Below are positions 1-14,840 of a stretch of DNA of 64,000 nucleotides, in pieces. The notes under the pieces are model-generated. The model ran no database searches, was not told the DNA's origin, and saw only the letters and a program-made list of their open reading frames with translations. Source of the DNA: Raillietiella orientalis (lineage: Eukaryota); assembly GCA_036172245.1 (NCBI GenBank), contig JAYWIR010000034.1, forward strand, positions 1,116,001 to 1,180,000, written 5' to 3'. Positions within the stretch are counted from its first letter, which is position 1; each line of letters starts with the position of its first letter. The position numbers were made by a program, and so were the translations under genes.

Positions 1-1634
1 TTCATGAAAATAAACAGGAAGGTCCACAAAACAACTGCTCATTGCAATTTATTTATCTGGTAAGAAAACTGACGCGTCAGATAAAGCTGATTTCATGATA
101 TTTAAAGTTCATCAAAATTAGTTTCACTAGTACCTTTCTTGAAAATGGAGGAGGTGATTCCTTAATTTATGACAATTTATCTGTTACATTAGTAGTCCAA
201 TCAACCTAAATTTTGATTATCAAAAGCGTCTATTGCGCAGTGAGCTTTTTATCAGAATAGTTTTATGGCTTCAACCTTTCTGAAAGGCATTCTAAATGTG
301 CACACTCGAATTTTGACGAATCCTGCCTTTTTTCTCTCTCTCTTTTTTTCTTCCCGTACTCGTCTTCATTCTTTTTACTCAAAGTCTGTTAAAAAATGTT
401 CATGCAAACAATTCTCCATCATTTAAACTAACACACAGAAATATTCGGAGAACCTTTGGTAATAGTGATTGGATATAAATTTTTAATTCATAATGTACAC
501 ACGCAAAATGAATGTTTGATTTCATTTCCATCACACACTTGTTTTCCAGGATAAGACTGCTACAATAATTATGCGCTACATTACATAGTATCCGAGAGAA
601 CACACAAAAAGTCAGTCAACGAAACCCTCGAATCATGGGAAGGGGTTGTCAGCAAGGAAAACCAACGTTATCCAACTGATTAGAAAAGCAGAAAGCCGTT
701 ATCAGGAATGCAGGAATACGGAAAACGAAAAATCGCCCAAATGTCTCAAATCCGATTCGGCGATATCGTCCAAATTCACTAATGAAATGCAATGGAATTT
801 GTGGAAGACGTAATTCAAGGAATTCGGCTTAGAGGAAAGTACGCTTCGAGAGGGAACCGCTTTTAATCGAGGATAAACAAATAATGCACTGAAACCGCAT
901 GTTAAATGAAATCCAGGAACTAAAAACCGACACTGACAAAAGTTTTTATTGGTAGCAAAGGTACGCTGCGAGGCAACAACTAAGCAGAAAATGGCGGAAA
1001 AACGGAGCACAGTTCCTCAAAAACAACTCGGCAATATCAATGGCAAATAAGCGATGAAAGGGCAGCCATGTATTTGTAATAACATATGATCACCCAAGAA
1101 GATTGCCGGGAACCAGCTTGCAAAATAAAAAATTCCAATCGACAGAACTTTGGAGGAGAGTGGAGGAGAAAAGACTGCTGAGGATTTTGCACTATACAGA
1201 CGTCCTTTCTACAGCAAGTATTCTACAAGTCTTCTAGTGCTTTCAAAGAGTTCCAGCTTCTTCCCATAGCAATTTCTGCTGATCCCCGCATGTGCATTCA
1301 CTATATGAAAACAATTCATACCATTTTTGAATTCTAAGAGTTTTTACAAGTCCAAATACTAATTACAGATGGGTTTTCAATCCTAGTATCGGCTGTACAG
1401 CCGTACACTATACCACTACACTGCATAAATGATACGGAACTGCTCTGCGTAATCTTGCAAATGAGTCTCCATGTCAGAAATAAGCTTTTTTCTTTGGGAA
1501 CCGTAATATATTTGCAATATACCGAGTTCTATGTCCTTTGATTCTTTGAATGGCACATTATTTGTGCAAAGCGTGAATTTGAGATAAGAATGAGAGCACT
1601 TGTCGTCACAAGGCAGGAGACAATTTTTCCATCA

Positions 1635-1661
1635 GTGTGTGTGTGTGTGTGTGTGTGTGTG
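1635..1661. repeat. (GT)13 microsatellite
   Basis: Perfect GT dinucleotide run read directly; it produces the THTHTH string in ORF 1529..1735. Confidence 0.95.
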
Positions 1662-4600
1662 GTTTTTCCATTTCTGTTCCCTAAAATGCTGAAAATACTT
1701 ACAGCTTTGGAAGTTTGGTTGCCATGTTTCTTCATCCTCGCTCAAAACAGATGCTAAAATTCTGCCTTTGTCTCAAATCAAATAAACATATGTTTTGGTG
1801 TCAATGAATTGCATCCACGTATCTTTCGGAATGACTTCATCGATACGTTTCATTCGTTTCGTATTTGACTTTTCAAATGGGAAAGCAATGGGAGATTTTT
1901 TGTTTAGAGGTGTTTGTGGTGCGTTCCTTTTAATATCATTCGGATATACAGAAAAAAGAAAAATAACGCTAATCGTTCTAATAGGTCTCTCCATCATGCT
2001 GGTTCGTCCACAACTGCGATGTAGATAAATTCAAAATTTGCTTGAAAAAAGTGCTGTAGAGATACCAATGAAAGGCGTCAAATTTTTCACGCACGGCTCT
2101 CCAATAAGGATGAACTCATACCAAATTCTTATTCATACATCGGACACTTCGGAAAAGATACTTCTTAAAAAGAGGACACTGTCAAAAGACATGCCAGTTA
2201 TATTAAAGCGGCACCGCAAAGTCCATAGCAATGCACGAGACAACTGAAACTCTGAGGCGTTTAAACTTGGAAATGATCTTTTCCGGTTAAGACTTCGAAT
2301 ACTGCGCCATTGACTACATAAAAAGAGAGAAAAAAAAAAATCAAACCGCCAACCCCGTCCGTATTGGTTTTAGAAGACTTACCATAGAGAAACAAGAAAC
2401 ATGTGAAGATCACTGGCATTGAAAGCAGTGTCAATAAAACAGCAAATAAGTAAACCAAGAATAATTAAATCAGTAAACCAACCACAATTTTAAACAGAAA
2501 TCTGTAAACGTCAATCTCAACTAAAAAGTATTCGTGCAGAGTCAACAAAATTTACGTAACCATTAAGACACAGAAAATATGTTGGATACTATTTGGTGCC
2601 AAAAACCTTGGAAATAGTTTGAATTACGGGGGAAAAGAAAAAGAAAAAAAGAGGGCACTTAAAATATCACGAAAAGTCTGGAGAAATGAAAATACTGAGT
2701 TCGAGACTATATCAATGTTTCCTTTAAACACTGAATGAATCGGAGGAGACATGAACATGAGAACAAGTTTTTGACGAAGAGCACAGCTTGCAGCTGATAA
2801 CCACAAAACCATAAGCAAAAAAGAGAGAAAAAAGGTATGTATCATGAAATCTGTTATCGAATCACATTTGCACAACATAATGAGGTTCCTCCTCTTCACA
2901 AACCGCATGGGAGGAAAACTGAAATGATTTCCTACTTTACACTTTGCTTCTCTGGGAAGAAGACACAAAACTATACGACCTAGGCAGAGATGGATGAAAC
3001 TGGAGGCCACATTCTCAGGAAGAAATAATGTAAGACTAATTCCCAAACTACTTTATATGCTATCAGTTTGGAAAACACAGATTGGAAAATGTAGCCGACA
3101 ATGAACAGTAATAAGCATCGCAAAGGTTTTGGAGGAAGATAAAAAAAAAAAAAAAACTAGAATGCACAGCAAAAAAAATGAATAGATGCATTGAACTCAA
3201 ACTAGTAGAATTATTGTTCTCATCAGGATCTGTGGAATCTGTTATCATAGTTAGTGACTAAAAACGTAATGGAATAGAAGAAAACAAGAAATTCTTGGCA
3301 TCACGAGTCAAGTACGGTTCATCTGTTTGCTAAATCGAGATCCTTAGAGGATATTTATTTGTTAGCACAGAAAAGGGAAAGGGGATCTTCAGGCGTGTAT
3401 GCTTTCCTATTCAGGACAGCTCCTTCACGAGTCAATGTGGTTGGTACAACTGTCTAAGTTTCACGAGGTCTCTCTCTACAGCACTGCGTAGAAGAAAATG
3501 AATTGACCGCTAGGCAACAAAAGAGCTCTACTGATTCGCATGGCCTCTAGCAGCCGTGTCCAAACCAATTCAAGATGAATTACATCAGTTCTCGCAAGAA
3601 TTAATGTAACATTTTTCCGACAAAATTCGAATCAACAGAGATGTTCCATCGATATACATGAAACTCTCAGCGAAGGCACAATTCGTAACGACTCACTTGC
3701 CGAATTTCTTATTTGTGCAGAAACGATCGATTTTCAAGATCATTTTATTTCGAAGTGAAGAATAAATAAACAAATAAACGATGCAAACTGTGAACACATT
3801 CTCAACAAGATTTCTCCTTCTAAATCAACCAATGGAATCAATAATCACTGACTGGCACCCTGCTTATCGATCGCTCCATCCATCTCATCATCAGAACTCA
3901 GACTCAATTGAGGCGGAGATGAAACTTGTGCTCCATGGACTCGAAAATTCAAAGTTTGCTGATGCTCGTTCATAATAATAAACCTTCCTTTATTAAATAC
4001 CAACTGGCAAGCCGCGCACATTCAGAACACTTTAGCACGCATACGCAAAAAAGTTGGATCAGAGCAAACCACGCTTTGTTTTTTGATGTGTGCCACCCAA
4101 CCCCTTCGAAGAGAGCCTATCCGAATGTGTGCCGTTTCATCTCTCGTGAAAATGTGGATCCTCAATGACCCCACCTCACACCTTACAAGACTTGGGAAGG
4201 GTGCGCTGCCCCCATGAAACTGTTCGGCGATGTTCCGAATAGCACGATTCAAGTGTATCCTAGAACACACATCTTAAATCACAAGAACCACTAGAGAAAA
4301 TACCAGAGTGGAGTGATCGCAGAGCTTCGGGTTCTATTTTTCGGAACACACGTATGCAGCAATTTCATCTTTCAGCAGAGTTCGGATATTCGCAGCACGC
4401 CGCTGTCGTTCTCTCACGATAGGTTCCCATGATTTGTTTTGTTACTGATGATCAGATAAGCATCGGACACTACGTATGTACACCGAGATGCATTTGGATT
4501 CGTATCCACATCTTTACATGAAGCACAACTGTTTTATAACACGAACAAAACGCAAGCTCTAATACAAGTGCGTTGTCTATTAAACCACTGCACTCGATGG

Positions 4601-5589
4601 CACCATCCATCACATGAACCTCCACATCCACATAAGGACGATTTATTTTCTATAAGATAAAAGATGAGCTGCAAGTTAAAGAACGCAATGCATTGAAAAC
4701 GGCCGAACACTACGATCATGGAATACTGGAATGTGTTCACAAGTCACACAACACAGAATGCATTCATCTCACACATGCAATTTATACATAATTCCAACTG
4801 GTTCTCGTTTGCTTTGAAGGGCCACCAATTCAGCACCTGAGAGGCATTACTTACTTGGAGAACGCTCGAATACTACAAACAACCCTTTGAATAAATCAAT
4901 AACTAATTGCCTAAACACTCTGTGCTGGTTCTCGTGATTTTCGATGGAGCCCCGAGATGTCTTCAGGAGTTGAAAGGAAAAAAACAACGGGGGAAAGGGG
5001 GGAATCGAAAGCCAAACATCCCAGAAATACTTCTTATTTTTAATCACAGAAATAAGAAGTTTCCTGTCAACCACAAGTGAGATCGATCATTATTCAAATC
5101 TCTCATGTGCCTGTTCCCTACGGCTATCGTTCCCACTTTACAATCGATCCTACGAACTGTGTTCTTCTGAAAAGCTGAGGATCTTTTTTTTTTCTCCCCC
5201 ACACGAATTGAGAAAGTGAATCAAAATAAGTTTTCACAAAGGCTTTGAAACTCACAGAAATCGAAAACTTACGAATCCGAGGCAACGAGAATCAGCAATC
5301 AGTCTGAGAGTTTCAATCAGAAAAACGGGGATAATGCTTAGCAGAAGCCTTTACAAAAGCAAATATAGATGCATGTTTCTTTTTCTTCTTCTTTTTTTTT
5401 TAAAAAAACAAAACAAAACAAAACAAACCCAATTCGAACTCTTTGCAGAAACATGAATTCATGAAGAGCACAAACGAAGTGCACAAAGGACTTTCTGTCA
5501 ATGGGCCTTTGGACAAAATCGAACCGGCCTCGATTACGATTACAATCACGGAAGCAATTTTGGAATGTGAGAACACGTGAGAGACTGAC

Positions 5590-5757
5590 CTGACTGAGAA
5601 CAGATATGTGTTCCATGTGATAATCATCATAGGAAGGTCTCACGAAACGGTTACAAAAACACGACTTTCCTACACCTGTATTTCCCTTTTCGCGCTCGGT
5701 TCCGGAGAGTCCAACAACTGCAACGTTGAAAGCTCGGGATGGGTCCTTTCTGGCCAT
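5590..5757 (-). CDS. RhoGAPp190: p190 Rho GTPase-activating protein (ARHGAP35/ARHGAP5 family), first coding exon (56 aa); remainder presumably left of the window
   Basis: [56 protein letters not shown] matches the p190 N-terminal GTPase signature (VxGLSGTEK..G..G.GKSCLCNRF.RP...H.SVLS). Phase-0 donor CAG|GTCAGT at 5589. In-frame TAG at 5803-5805 upstream supports ATG 5757 as the start. Likely acceptor ttccag| opens the exon at 5843. The expected next peptide (SDF.GR..NNDHFLYWG) was not seen in 1-5589. Confidence 0.93.
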
Positions 5758-5783
5758 ATACCCATTCAATGTCTTTGATCCAT
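5670..5783 (-). promoter_or_regulatory. Two upstream ORFs in the p190RhoGAP 5' leader
   Basis: uORF1 at 5783-5766 encodes MDQRH*. It is followed immediately (TGA-ATG) by uORF2 at 5765-5670 (31 aa), which overlaps the main ORF out of frame. Confidence 0.5.
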
Positions 5784-8700
5784 AATGAAGTGGGGATGCA
5801 CTCTATGCCTTAACGGGACCTCGAACACCGCCGATGGACAGATCTGGAACAACGAGAATTCAATTTCGAGGGCAGGTATGGAAATGTTTTGCAACAGCCC
5901 CTTCGCAATGTAAGACAAAGTGAAAAATAAGGAGAAAAAACAAAAAAAAAAAAGGATGTGCTTGTCCTTTCCGCGAGCAGTCACACGTTAATCCAATTAT
6001 GTAAATACACTACTTACAATCTAAGAATGCTGGATTTCAGCAATAGCATTTCCGAACGTGGAGGAAAATTCTAAAATATTCTAAAACATTCCGAAGCCTT
6101 TTCTCAAGAGTCGACTGAATTTGGCGAGAAACAACGATCAGGCAACGAGTGTGGGGCCAGCAAACAACATCACAGAATAACATGTAAGCAAGAAAAAACA
6201 TAAAAAAGTATCCAATCAAAAGTATCAGATAGAAAATTTGCAAGCAACGCACGGCTTGGGTTTAGTTGTGAAATGATATAGGAATTAGAATCCTGGATGA
6301 GTACAGGCACGACACAAATCCACAAATCAATACAACGGTTTAGCTCAAGCATTTTCCACCTCTTTTTTTCTTCTCATTTTCTAAAAATGGTTATTAAAAT
6401 GTAAAAAAAAAAATCGGAAGAAAGTTTGTGGATTCAAAAACGCTTTTAAGCAACGTGCTATGCTTCAATGAATCATCGGTTAGAAGTAGATTGCAATACA
6501 GAAAAACAAAGGAACATACACATTCAATAAGCCGGAAGCAGCGGTGGATGCAGAGAACGAGCAAAGATGATCAGCCAACGTTATAGACGGAGAAAAAAAA
6601 AACAAAAACAGCAGGTACTTTCGATACATATTACAATCTATAGATTCCTACATGAATATATGAGCATCGTGAAGTATCGTTGGTAATCCAATGAACAAAC
6701 CAATAACTGCAACAACCAGTAAACTCGTCTCCATGAAAACAGTATGTTCATCTGATTCAACTCTTCGGATTCTGCCGGTTTGGGGTTGTGTCCTCGCTCT
6801 CGTTCATTTTGTAATACCCCAAAAGGTATTCGAAATACAATTTCAATGCACAATCGCACGATTTTTGGATACCGTGAGCCGACGATTTCCCATGAAACAC
6901 CGATCAAAGGTCACGCAAGTCCTAAACGAAGTTTCCAACTCTTTCCGTTCCTCCCTCATTCTACGATGGCACGGCGCGGTGTGTTTTATCACCGCAAGTA
7001 ATTACACCGCAATCGGAAATGTTTTCGTGGACCGATTTCGAAACTTGCTCAGCTTGAATCTCGCCTCAATTAAGCACATCTTCAGTTCTATTAGCAATCG
7101 CGAATCTGGGCTAATCCATAGGAAAGGAAGTAAATAAACGAACTAGGACATTGCAAGGATTACCGAATTCACTGTGAATCCCTGACAAGTCCCATCCTTC
7201 TTTCGCCAGATCGTAAAAAGCACATCACAACTAAAACCGAAGCCAAACTTGTAATTAAACTAACAGATTCATTCCAATTTAGGCTTTCACACTGACAGCA
7301 CACGAATGAAACGAAAACGAGCCATGGTCCTATCGACCCCTTAAGTATTAACATCATTAATCCTTACGAAATCGGTTACATATTAATCTTAGTCGGAAGA
7401 TTCATAAAACGAAAAGGATTATTTGAAGGTTTGGTATCGCAGAACGGGAGATTATATGCATTATGCAATACAAAAAGCAATTCGAGATGATGCAAAAGGT
7501 TGACAAATTGAAGTGAAACAAATTATCGCTTTAATCAGGTACACCTTCACGATTTTAAAGTATTAACTACTTTCCACTAAAAATCCTTCGTTACTAAACA
7601 CTTTGGTCGACAGTCACTATCTACCCGTAGTCTTCTGATCATCCCGTGGATCAACAAGGCAGACAACGAAACTTAAGCATCTGCTTGCTTGAAGAGCCAC
7701 TAATATAATTTATTTAAATTATAAATGGTAAAACCAATTTACAACCGATAAAAGTACTTCCAATTTCTACCTTTGACATAATCTCTTGTACGCATTGCAT
7801 ATACTCCAAGTGAGTTCGACTTCAATGTATATACATCCTCTACGACTAAGAACCATAACTGGTCTCAACTTGTGATACACAAGGCTACACTCAAAAAAAA
7901 AAAAAAAAAAGAGAAACATTTCCTTTCAAACAAATGCGGACTCTTAATAAAATGGCAAATGTGACGGACGAAAAAATTACATAAGAAACAAAGTCCCACG
8001 GATTCGAATGGGAAAAGAACACTTATTATATCAATGTACAAGGGAACTTTTAATGGGATATGCGACAATAAATTAATCATGACAATAAACATTAATCCTT
8101 TTAATATTCCAACAGTTCTGAAAAGAGAATTTTCGAAAAATTATAAATGGATCAATATCACGCATAAAAAACATTACCATGCAAAGATTTAAGATACAAA
8201 GATTTTTGATTTTTGCAGGTATGTTTTAAATAGAGCCTGAGTCAATAAAGCATATCTCAAAATTATATCATGACTTGTGATTCTCTTGATGAAACAACAT
8301 CGTTGTTATTGTGAACTACTTAACAAAAATACCATTTTTGCACTACATGAAAGTGATCACTGCTGAATTGTCAAAACCAATGAAAGATAAAGTATCTATT
8401 CAATAACAACAGATATTTCTGCAATGGAATAAAAAAAAATCTTTTAATCGATAATTCCCTAGATTCCTTGATTGCCTACTTCTTTCTCTGTGTACTTCCA
8501 CTTGTTTTTCCATCTTAGAAATGTGTTTTAATTCTTTTATAAGCACACATGATTTTATTTATTTGAAATTGATGCTGTAGATGCTATTGCTGATAATGGC
8601 ACAAAGAAATCACAGCTGAAGTAAACCCTTATTTATCACTAATAACTAGTAATTTGCACATCATTCTAGAAAAGAAGCCTAACTGCAGTATACCATATTC

Positions 8701-11700
8701 CACAATCTGATTCAAGAGGTGAATTCAAGAATGCAAGGACATTCTTTAATATCAAAAATTTTTTGAAGTGCACACATGTACAGAGTTTTAGAAAGTTCCG
8801 GAAAAAAAAGAAAAGAAACGAATTAAAATTCTTAAATGAAACGTAAATTCAATACATTGACTCAATGTAGTTCATACAGATCAATGAACCACTTTGATAT
8901 TTTGGAGGAAGACAGCAAAAAATTTTTAATAAACCGATTTGGAAAGCCAGAAGCTGTGAAACAAACGAATAAACTGATATCAAACAGTTAGCACACAACA
9001 CTCAATCATTTATACAGCAACACTAACTGACAAGAAAAATTCAATTCTCACAAATTCGATAACTTTTTCTTCACACAGATTTAAACACATAAGAGCATAC
9101 ATTTTCATGTCATGAAGGACTTAAGCAACATCTGAATACGTGAAATGTAAACTGCAATATTGCTAAGCAGATAATAAGCATGTGCATTGCTTTGGATATG
9201 AGCATTGCATCAGATGCAAATGTCCATTTGATATTGGGAGTATTACACAGTTTTTTTACCGTAAAGTACTACCAATATCAAATAAACATAGAATTTGGCA
9301 CAAATAGTAAGGAAGAAAACCAGTAAAATAATTAAAAGTGATAATTAAAACAATTTTCTAAAATTTCAAACATGAAAATAAAAATATCCAAAAATAAGAA
9401 TGAAAGTTGACTTTTTTTTGAAGAAAATAAAAAATGAAATCACTTTAAGTGAACAAAATCAGCATGTGTCAATACATACATATGGGAACATTAGACCAAC
9501 TATTGAAGATGAAATTCCTGTTTCAAAATTAAATTGCAATTTGTACAATTGCATCAATATTGCAATACAATGATTTAAATGGTTTACTTTTTCTTCTTTT
9601 GCTCCCACGTGAAGCATTGCATTTAAATTGCATTCCTTACACAATTTGCAATTTCTCAAATACTAGCTCAAATAATTTTGAATTAAGTGACTCCACATAT
9701 GCTCTTTTAAATAGATAAACAAAATGCATTTCAAAAGGAACATAGAAAATAGACCAAAAAACTTTTCAACTTGGTCACTGAAAAATGGTGCAGCAATAAT
9801 TTATCAATTACTGCATCATTTGATTGATAGAACAAATATTATGATAATAATTTCGTTATTTTTCATTCCCTTTAAGACCAAAGAGGATAAAACTAAAACA
9901 TAAAAGGTTCTCAGAATTTAACAGAAACAAGTTTAGTAGATACAGAATGTGAGCTACACATTATTGCAATGTTAATAAACTACATCAATCCATTTAGGCA
10001 AAAGTGCTATTCAAAAACTCTGCTAGAATCAAAGCACAGAAAGCATTCTGTGAAAACATGCTTTCTTTATGATGTGATGATTATATTTTTCAACGTATAA
10101 CCCGGATTCATCATTCTCACTGATTTGTGATCACACCTTTCAACACCACAGCACTTTCTATGGGAAAACAATGGCTATTTCTAATGCTTTTTTCCTATGT
10201 ATAGGTATTCAAATGAAAAGGCATTCAAGTTCTCTGGAATGTAGGAATATAAGAATACTAAAACTTAAGAACAATTCATTCTTATTGTTTCATTCGAGAC
10301 ATTAGACAATGAACATTCAATGATAGATATTAGGTTGTGTGGCTTGTTAGAATTGTAAAATTTTAATTTTAAATTCATGTTGGTTTTCTAAAGTTTATGG
10401 GTGGGTTACAGAAATTGTTTCATGTGAGGTAGTGGTAATTAGAATTAGGTAGGGATTTTGAGTTTTACCTTTTAAGTGTTTGGATTGGTTAGTTATTTTT
10501 ATACAGGAGTGAAATTTTATTTATTTTAATTTATTCTAAAATAATTTGGAGTAAAAACATGTGGTTTATAATTTTTAAGATTAACTAATTAACTAATATA
10601 AATATATTTTAGCACGAATTTACATGATTTAAATATTATTATGTAATATAAAAATATTTATATATATAATTTATTCATTAGATAACAATATTAATTTTAT
10701 TCCTGATTTTAACTACGTCATTTGTAAAAAATCTTGAAAGCGAATTAAGGAGAAATATAGGCCAAGAAATTACACTACTTACTTCATAAAACCCAAAACC
10801 AAAGAAATTTCCCAATTTTCCTGCCAACAAATTTATATTGATATGCAATTAATCTTTTGTATACAATTAAATAATAATGAAAACAACATGTGATGACAAA
10901 AGAAAATTTTCAAGTAAAATTAAATTTCATATTTGTGTATGTTTTGAAATTAATGTTGTGTTCCTCATCACTGTACAAAGCAATGTCAGGTTTTTTGTGA
11001 ACTTTACTGATCAAACTTCCAGTCATTACTGCATATTTTCATTGCATTGTTTACATAAAATATAGTAATTATTCTTTCTTTTAAGATACAAACAAAACAC
11101 CTCTTTGGAACACTATCATGTTAAAATGAAGAAATTAGTCAAATGATAATACATAACCATTTGAAAAACAAAGAAAATGGAACGTGGCAAAATAAGAAAC
11201 TAATAGACAACAAAGAATTTGCATCAATTTGCACAAAAATAGCTCAAACGTGAACAGAAGTTAATGGTCGTGATTAGATAGCTCTATTTACTATACTTGA
11301 AGATCACAATGTTATGCTTATTTTAAAGCTGCAGCACTTGTGTAAAAACAACTGCGACACATAGTTTCATTAAAATAAGACTTGTAAGTGTAATATGTTT
11401 AGTAGCCTGAATATGCTGTTTGTGAATCTGATTAGTGTACTGCCTTTCATTTTTTATCTGAATCAAGAAAATGAATTGTAAAGCATCTTTCATTATATGT
11501 AATTTTTTCATTTTTCACATAAGTGCATCATTTGTAATTGTTTCTGGAATTTCCCAACAACAAAAGGTTAGATTGATTTTGATGCTGAACACAGAAATTA
11601 ATTTGACCAATTTCTGATTTAGTAAAATAATATTTTCAATGGTTGAGGTAGTGATAACTGATACCTAATGTGCAAATAATACGTAATTTCATTTTATTAT

Positions 11701-14640
11701 TGAAAACATCTTAATAACGATCTTAAGTAATAATTCAGCATATTCCATGCTCTAAATAATTTCTTAAAATTATACTATTTTAAATTTCAATCATACTATT
11801 TGTTCAAATAATTTATTAAATACTCTAAGTAATGTCTTAAAACTGAAAACAATTAATTTAAATCTGCCTCCTTTAAATGATTAATCCAAATTTAGCATCT
11901 TTTGAAGTATTAAACGCTTTTAATAAAATCATTTGAAAAACAAAAGTTAAGGTTTCAATTCCTCCAATTAACATCCACACATTTCATGACTGATTCCAAA
12001 ACATTCCTTTCAACAAAAATTTAATTAACGTATTTGTCTAAAACACATTTTTTAAAGAAATTATACAATCCAGAACTTTACAAATTTTAACACACTAACC
12101 AATTTCACAACTAAATATTTGCAATTGTACACATGAAAATTTATTTTCCAATTCAACTTTTTAACACTGATTAGAATTCCAAATTTCAAAAATATAATTT
12201 ATGGGATTATGTGTTTCTCCATCATTCTTTTATCACATGCCCATTTGTTGTGTCCAACAAATTCTTCTAAAATTCTTTTTCACTGAATAAATTTAGCACA
12301 CTCTGAGTACAGCACACTTCTCATAAATTTTGCATGTCATAATTACAATGTATTTCTAAAAAATCAGAAACCATTTGCAGTGTGTTTATTTGGATAAATG
12401 AATTAATATTTTATATTCCAACTTTAAAATGAAACTTAATATTGATGAAATAGTTAATTAGAATTTCCATAATAAACCTATGTGAAAGCAGAAATCTGAA
12501 TGATGACATACTAAACTCGAAAATTACATGAAAGCAAAGGAAGGAATGAATAAGTAAACAATGAAAACTTAAACAAGACCATAGATTGAAATTTAAATCC
12601 AATTGAAACACATGAAGGTGAATGAGTTACACAACAAAGAAAATTACATCAATGAATAATTCATCAATGAATTCCTTTTAGAAGCAATTTGGAAACATGC
12701 ACTTATTTTCCTAACTCTGAAATACGTTTACTTCAATTCCATAGTAATCATATTATGTAATACACAACCAATATTATTTAATAATTGTATTAATATCCGG
12801 TAGTTGACCATCTGATTCATTCTAAGTTTACAATATGCATGTTAATTACAACAGGGAACATGAGATTTGAAATTCAGAAAGAGAAAAACTTAAAAGAGCT
12901 TGAAAAAAAGAAAGTCTTCTATCATACGAATATTCTTATCTAAAGGTTTCTTACTTTAAATGGAATCACTTGAAACAAAGGTGTATAAACACTATTTACT
13001 TTAGAATGATCATATTGACAACAAAATTTACAACACTAAAATCAATTTACTTTTTCGTTTATAAAAATACATGCATTTACTTTTCTAAATTGTTATTATT
13101 CAGTTGCTTATGTAGTTCCAGAAGACTCTATAATAATTAAACACAAACTGAAATGAAATTGTAATTTTAAGACAAATAAATAACTCTGAACTTATATGAA
13201 GCAATATCTTTTCCTTTTAATCTAGACTACATAACTTTTTATAGATAAAATACTTTATTGGATGACGTGCAAAACCACAGACAATTTTTTGCAAGAAAAC
13301 CATAAAGTAGGATTACATTGCACTAAACCTTAAAATTAGATTGTATTTTTGCTTTGCTTACACTGATGACTGAAAATTCTATAGCTAACAGAAATCATGT
13401 TGACAATATTATTTTAAAATTTAAAAAACTTTTTTTTCTCACATTATCAAAACATTTTTAAACTGAATCGCAAAGTCAAATGTAACATACATTTTGTGCT
13501 TATCACAATTTGAAATGTAACTGCCAAATTTCGCATAGACCTCATATTCCATTGAATACAGCCTCCTGCATACTTACATCTCAGAGGACTACAGAAGATA
13601 TATATCTACATAAAATGAACAACTGAAAAACTAAAACAACTTTATGGATAATAAATATCCTATGCATTCTTTCATAGAATACTGAATCTGAGTTCAAAAT
13701 GACTTCAAAATTCCACAAAATATTTGTGGAAAAAACTATCACAGAGAAGAAAATCACCCACTACATGATAAGAAAATTGTGGCTTCCATCTGCAACTCAT
13801 ACAATCATAGGAACATGCAAAATTACAGGGACCGATGAAAACATCTAAACATAATGGTTTCGGTACAAAAGATCTGACAAAACGGTTGTATATATATATA
13901 TTTCGAATTATCAAGCATACACTAATACAACTGTTCTGAATTCATTGTGAGGTCCAAACCAAGAAAATTAACATCTATGTGCTTACATTCCGTTATCTTT
14001 GATGATCTACGAAATAAGGAAACGAACTTTTTAAATAAATATTTTTTTAGCATAAAAACCTTTTATGATCCAACATATACAGTCCACATGCTCATTGATA
14101 CTTTTTCATTTTAGTACCAAGAAAGAACATCAACAGTATTCATCACTGAAATACACTATACATCATGTGCTATAAATACAGTGAAGAAACACCTTTTCAA
14201 ACACATGATTACCAAGTAACATACTGCAATGAAATTTTTGATGTTAACATGATAATACATTCGGAAAAAAATATCTACAAAGCGAATAAAATGGCTCTAT
14301 TTACTGAATTGCAATTGTTTTGGAAATTTGATACTAGGAATATTCTTGGTTATCGATTAGAATGTAAGCAACCAAGAACACCTTATAATATCTGTAAGTT
14401 TGTTGTAAGCAAATATCTCCAAGACTATTCATCCCTTGTGATTTTTTCTGTCGGAGAACCTGAATCACGGGAATGCATTTATATCTACTTGTCTTTTCTT
14501 AAGAACCTTGAGTAAAAGAAATGTCCTTATGCTTAAATCTTAATATAAAAATGAACCGTTCTTAGGAACCTTAATGTAAAAATGGAAGACTTGCTGTAGA
14601 ATCATATTTTTCTATTGAAAGAATATTCATTTTTTTTACA

Positions 14641-14840
14641 AGTTCCCTCGCAGATTTCCTCCGAATAAGGAATCCCTGATAGATCCTTTCCAGGCTCCCT
14701 TCAGAGAACAAAGAATGGGTCGGATCCCCACGGGGGGTTCCTCCGAGAGAACAAGTAAGGAGATTCCCTTCGGGGTTCCCCTTCGGAGACCAAGTGGAGG
14801 CGATATACATTTCCCGAGATCCTTCCTCAGGCGTGAGAGG
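14641..14840. repeat. Degenerate ~40-bp minisatellite (about 5 units), GGTTCC/GATTCC-rich; possible interior of a non-autonomous transposon
   Basis: Units at 14641, 14681, 14721, 14761 and 14801 align loosely, e.g. agatcctttccaggctcccttcagagaac / agattcccttcggggttccccttcggagac. Locally GC-rich within AT-rich DNA. Confidence 0.65.

Noticed and set aside
7620..7645. miR-100/miR-10-like string tacccgtag
   Set aside because: Only the 5' end matches; the rest diverges and no precursor hairpin is evident.
14641..14840. CRISPR-like periodic array (also 63241-63560)
   Set aside because: Units are degenerate throughout with no identical repeat/unique spacer structure, no cas genes, and an intron-rich animal context.
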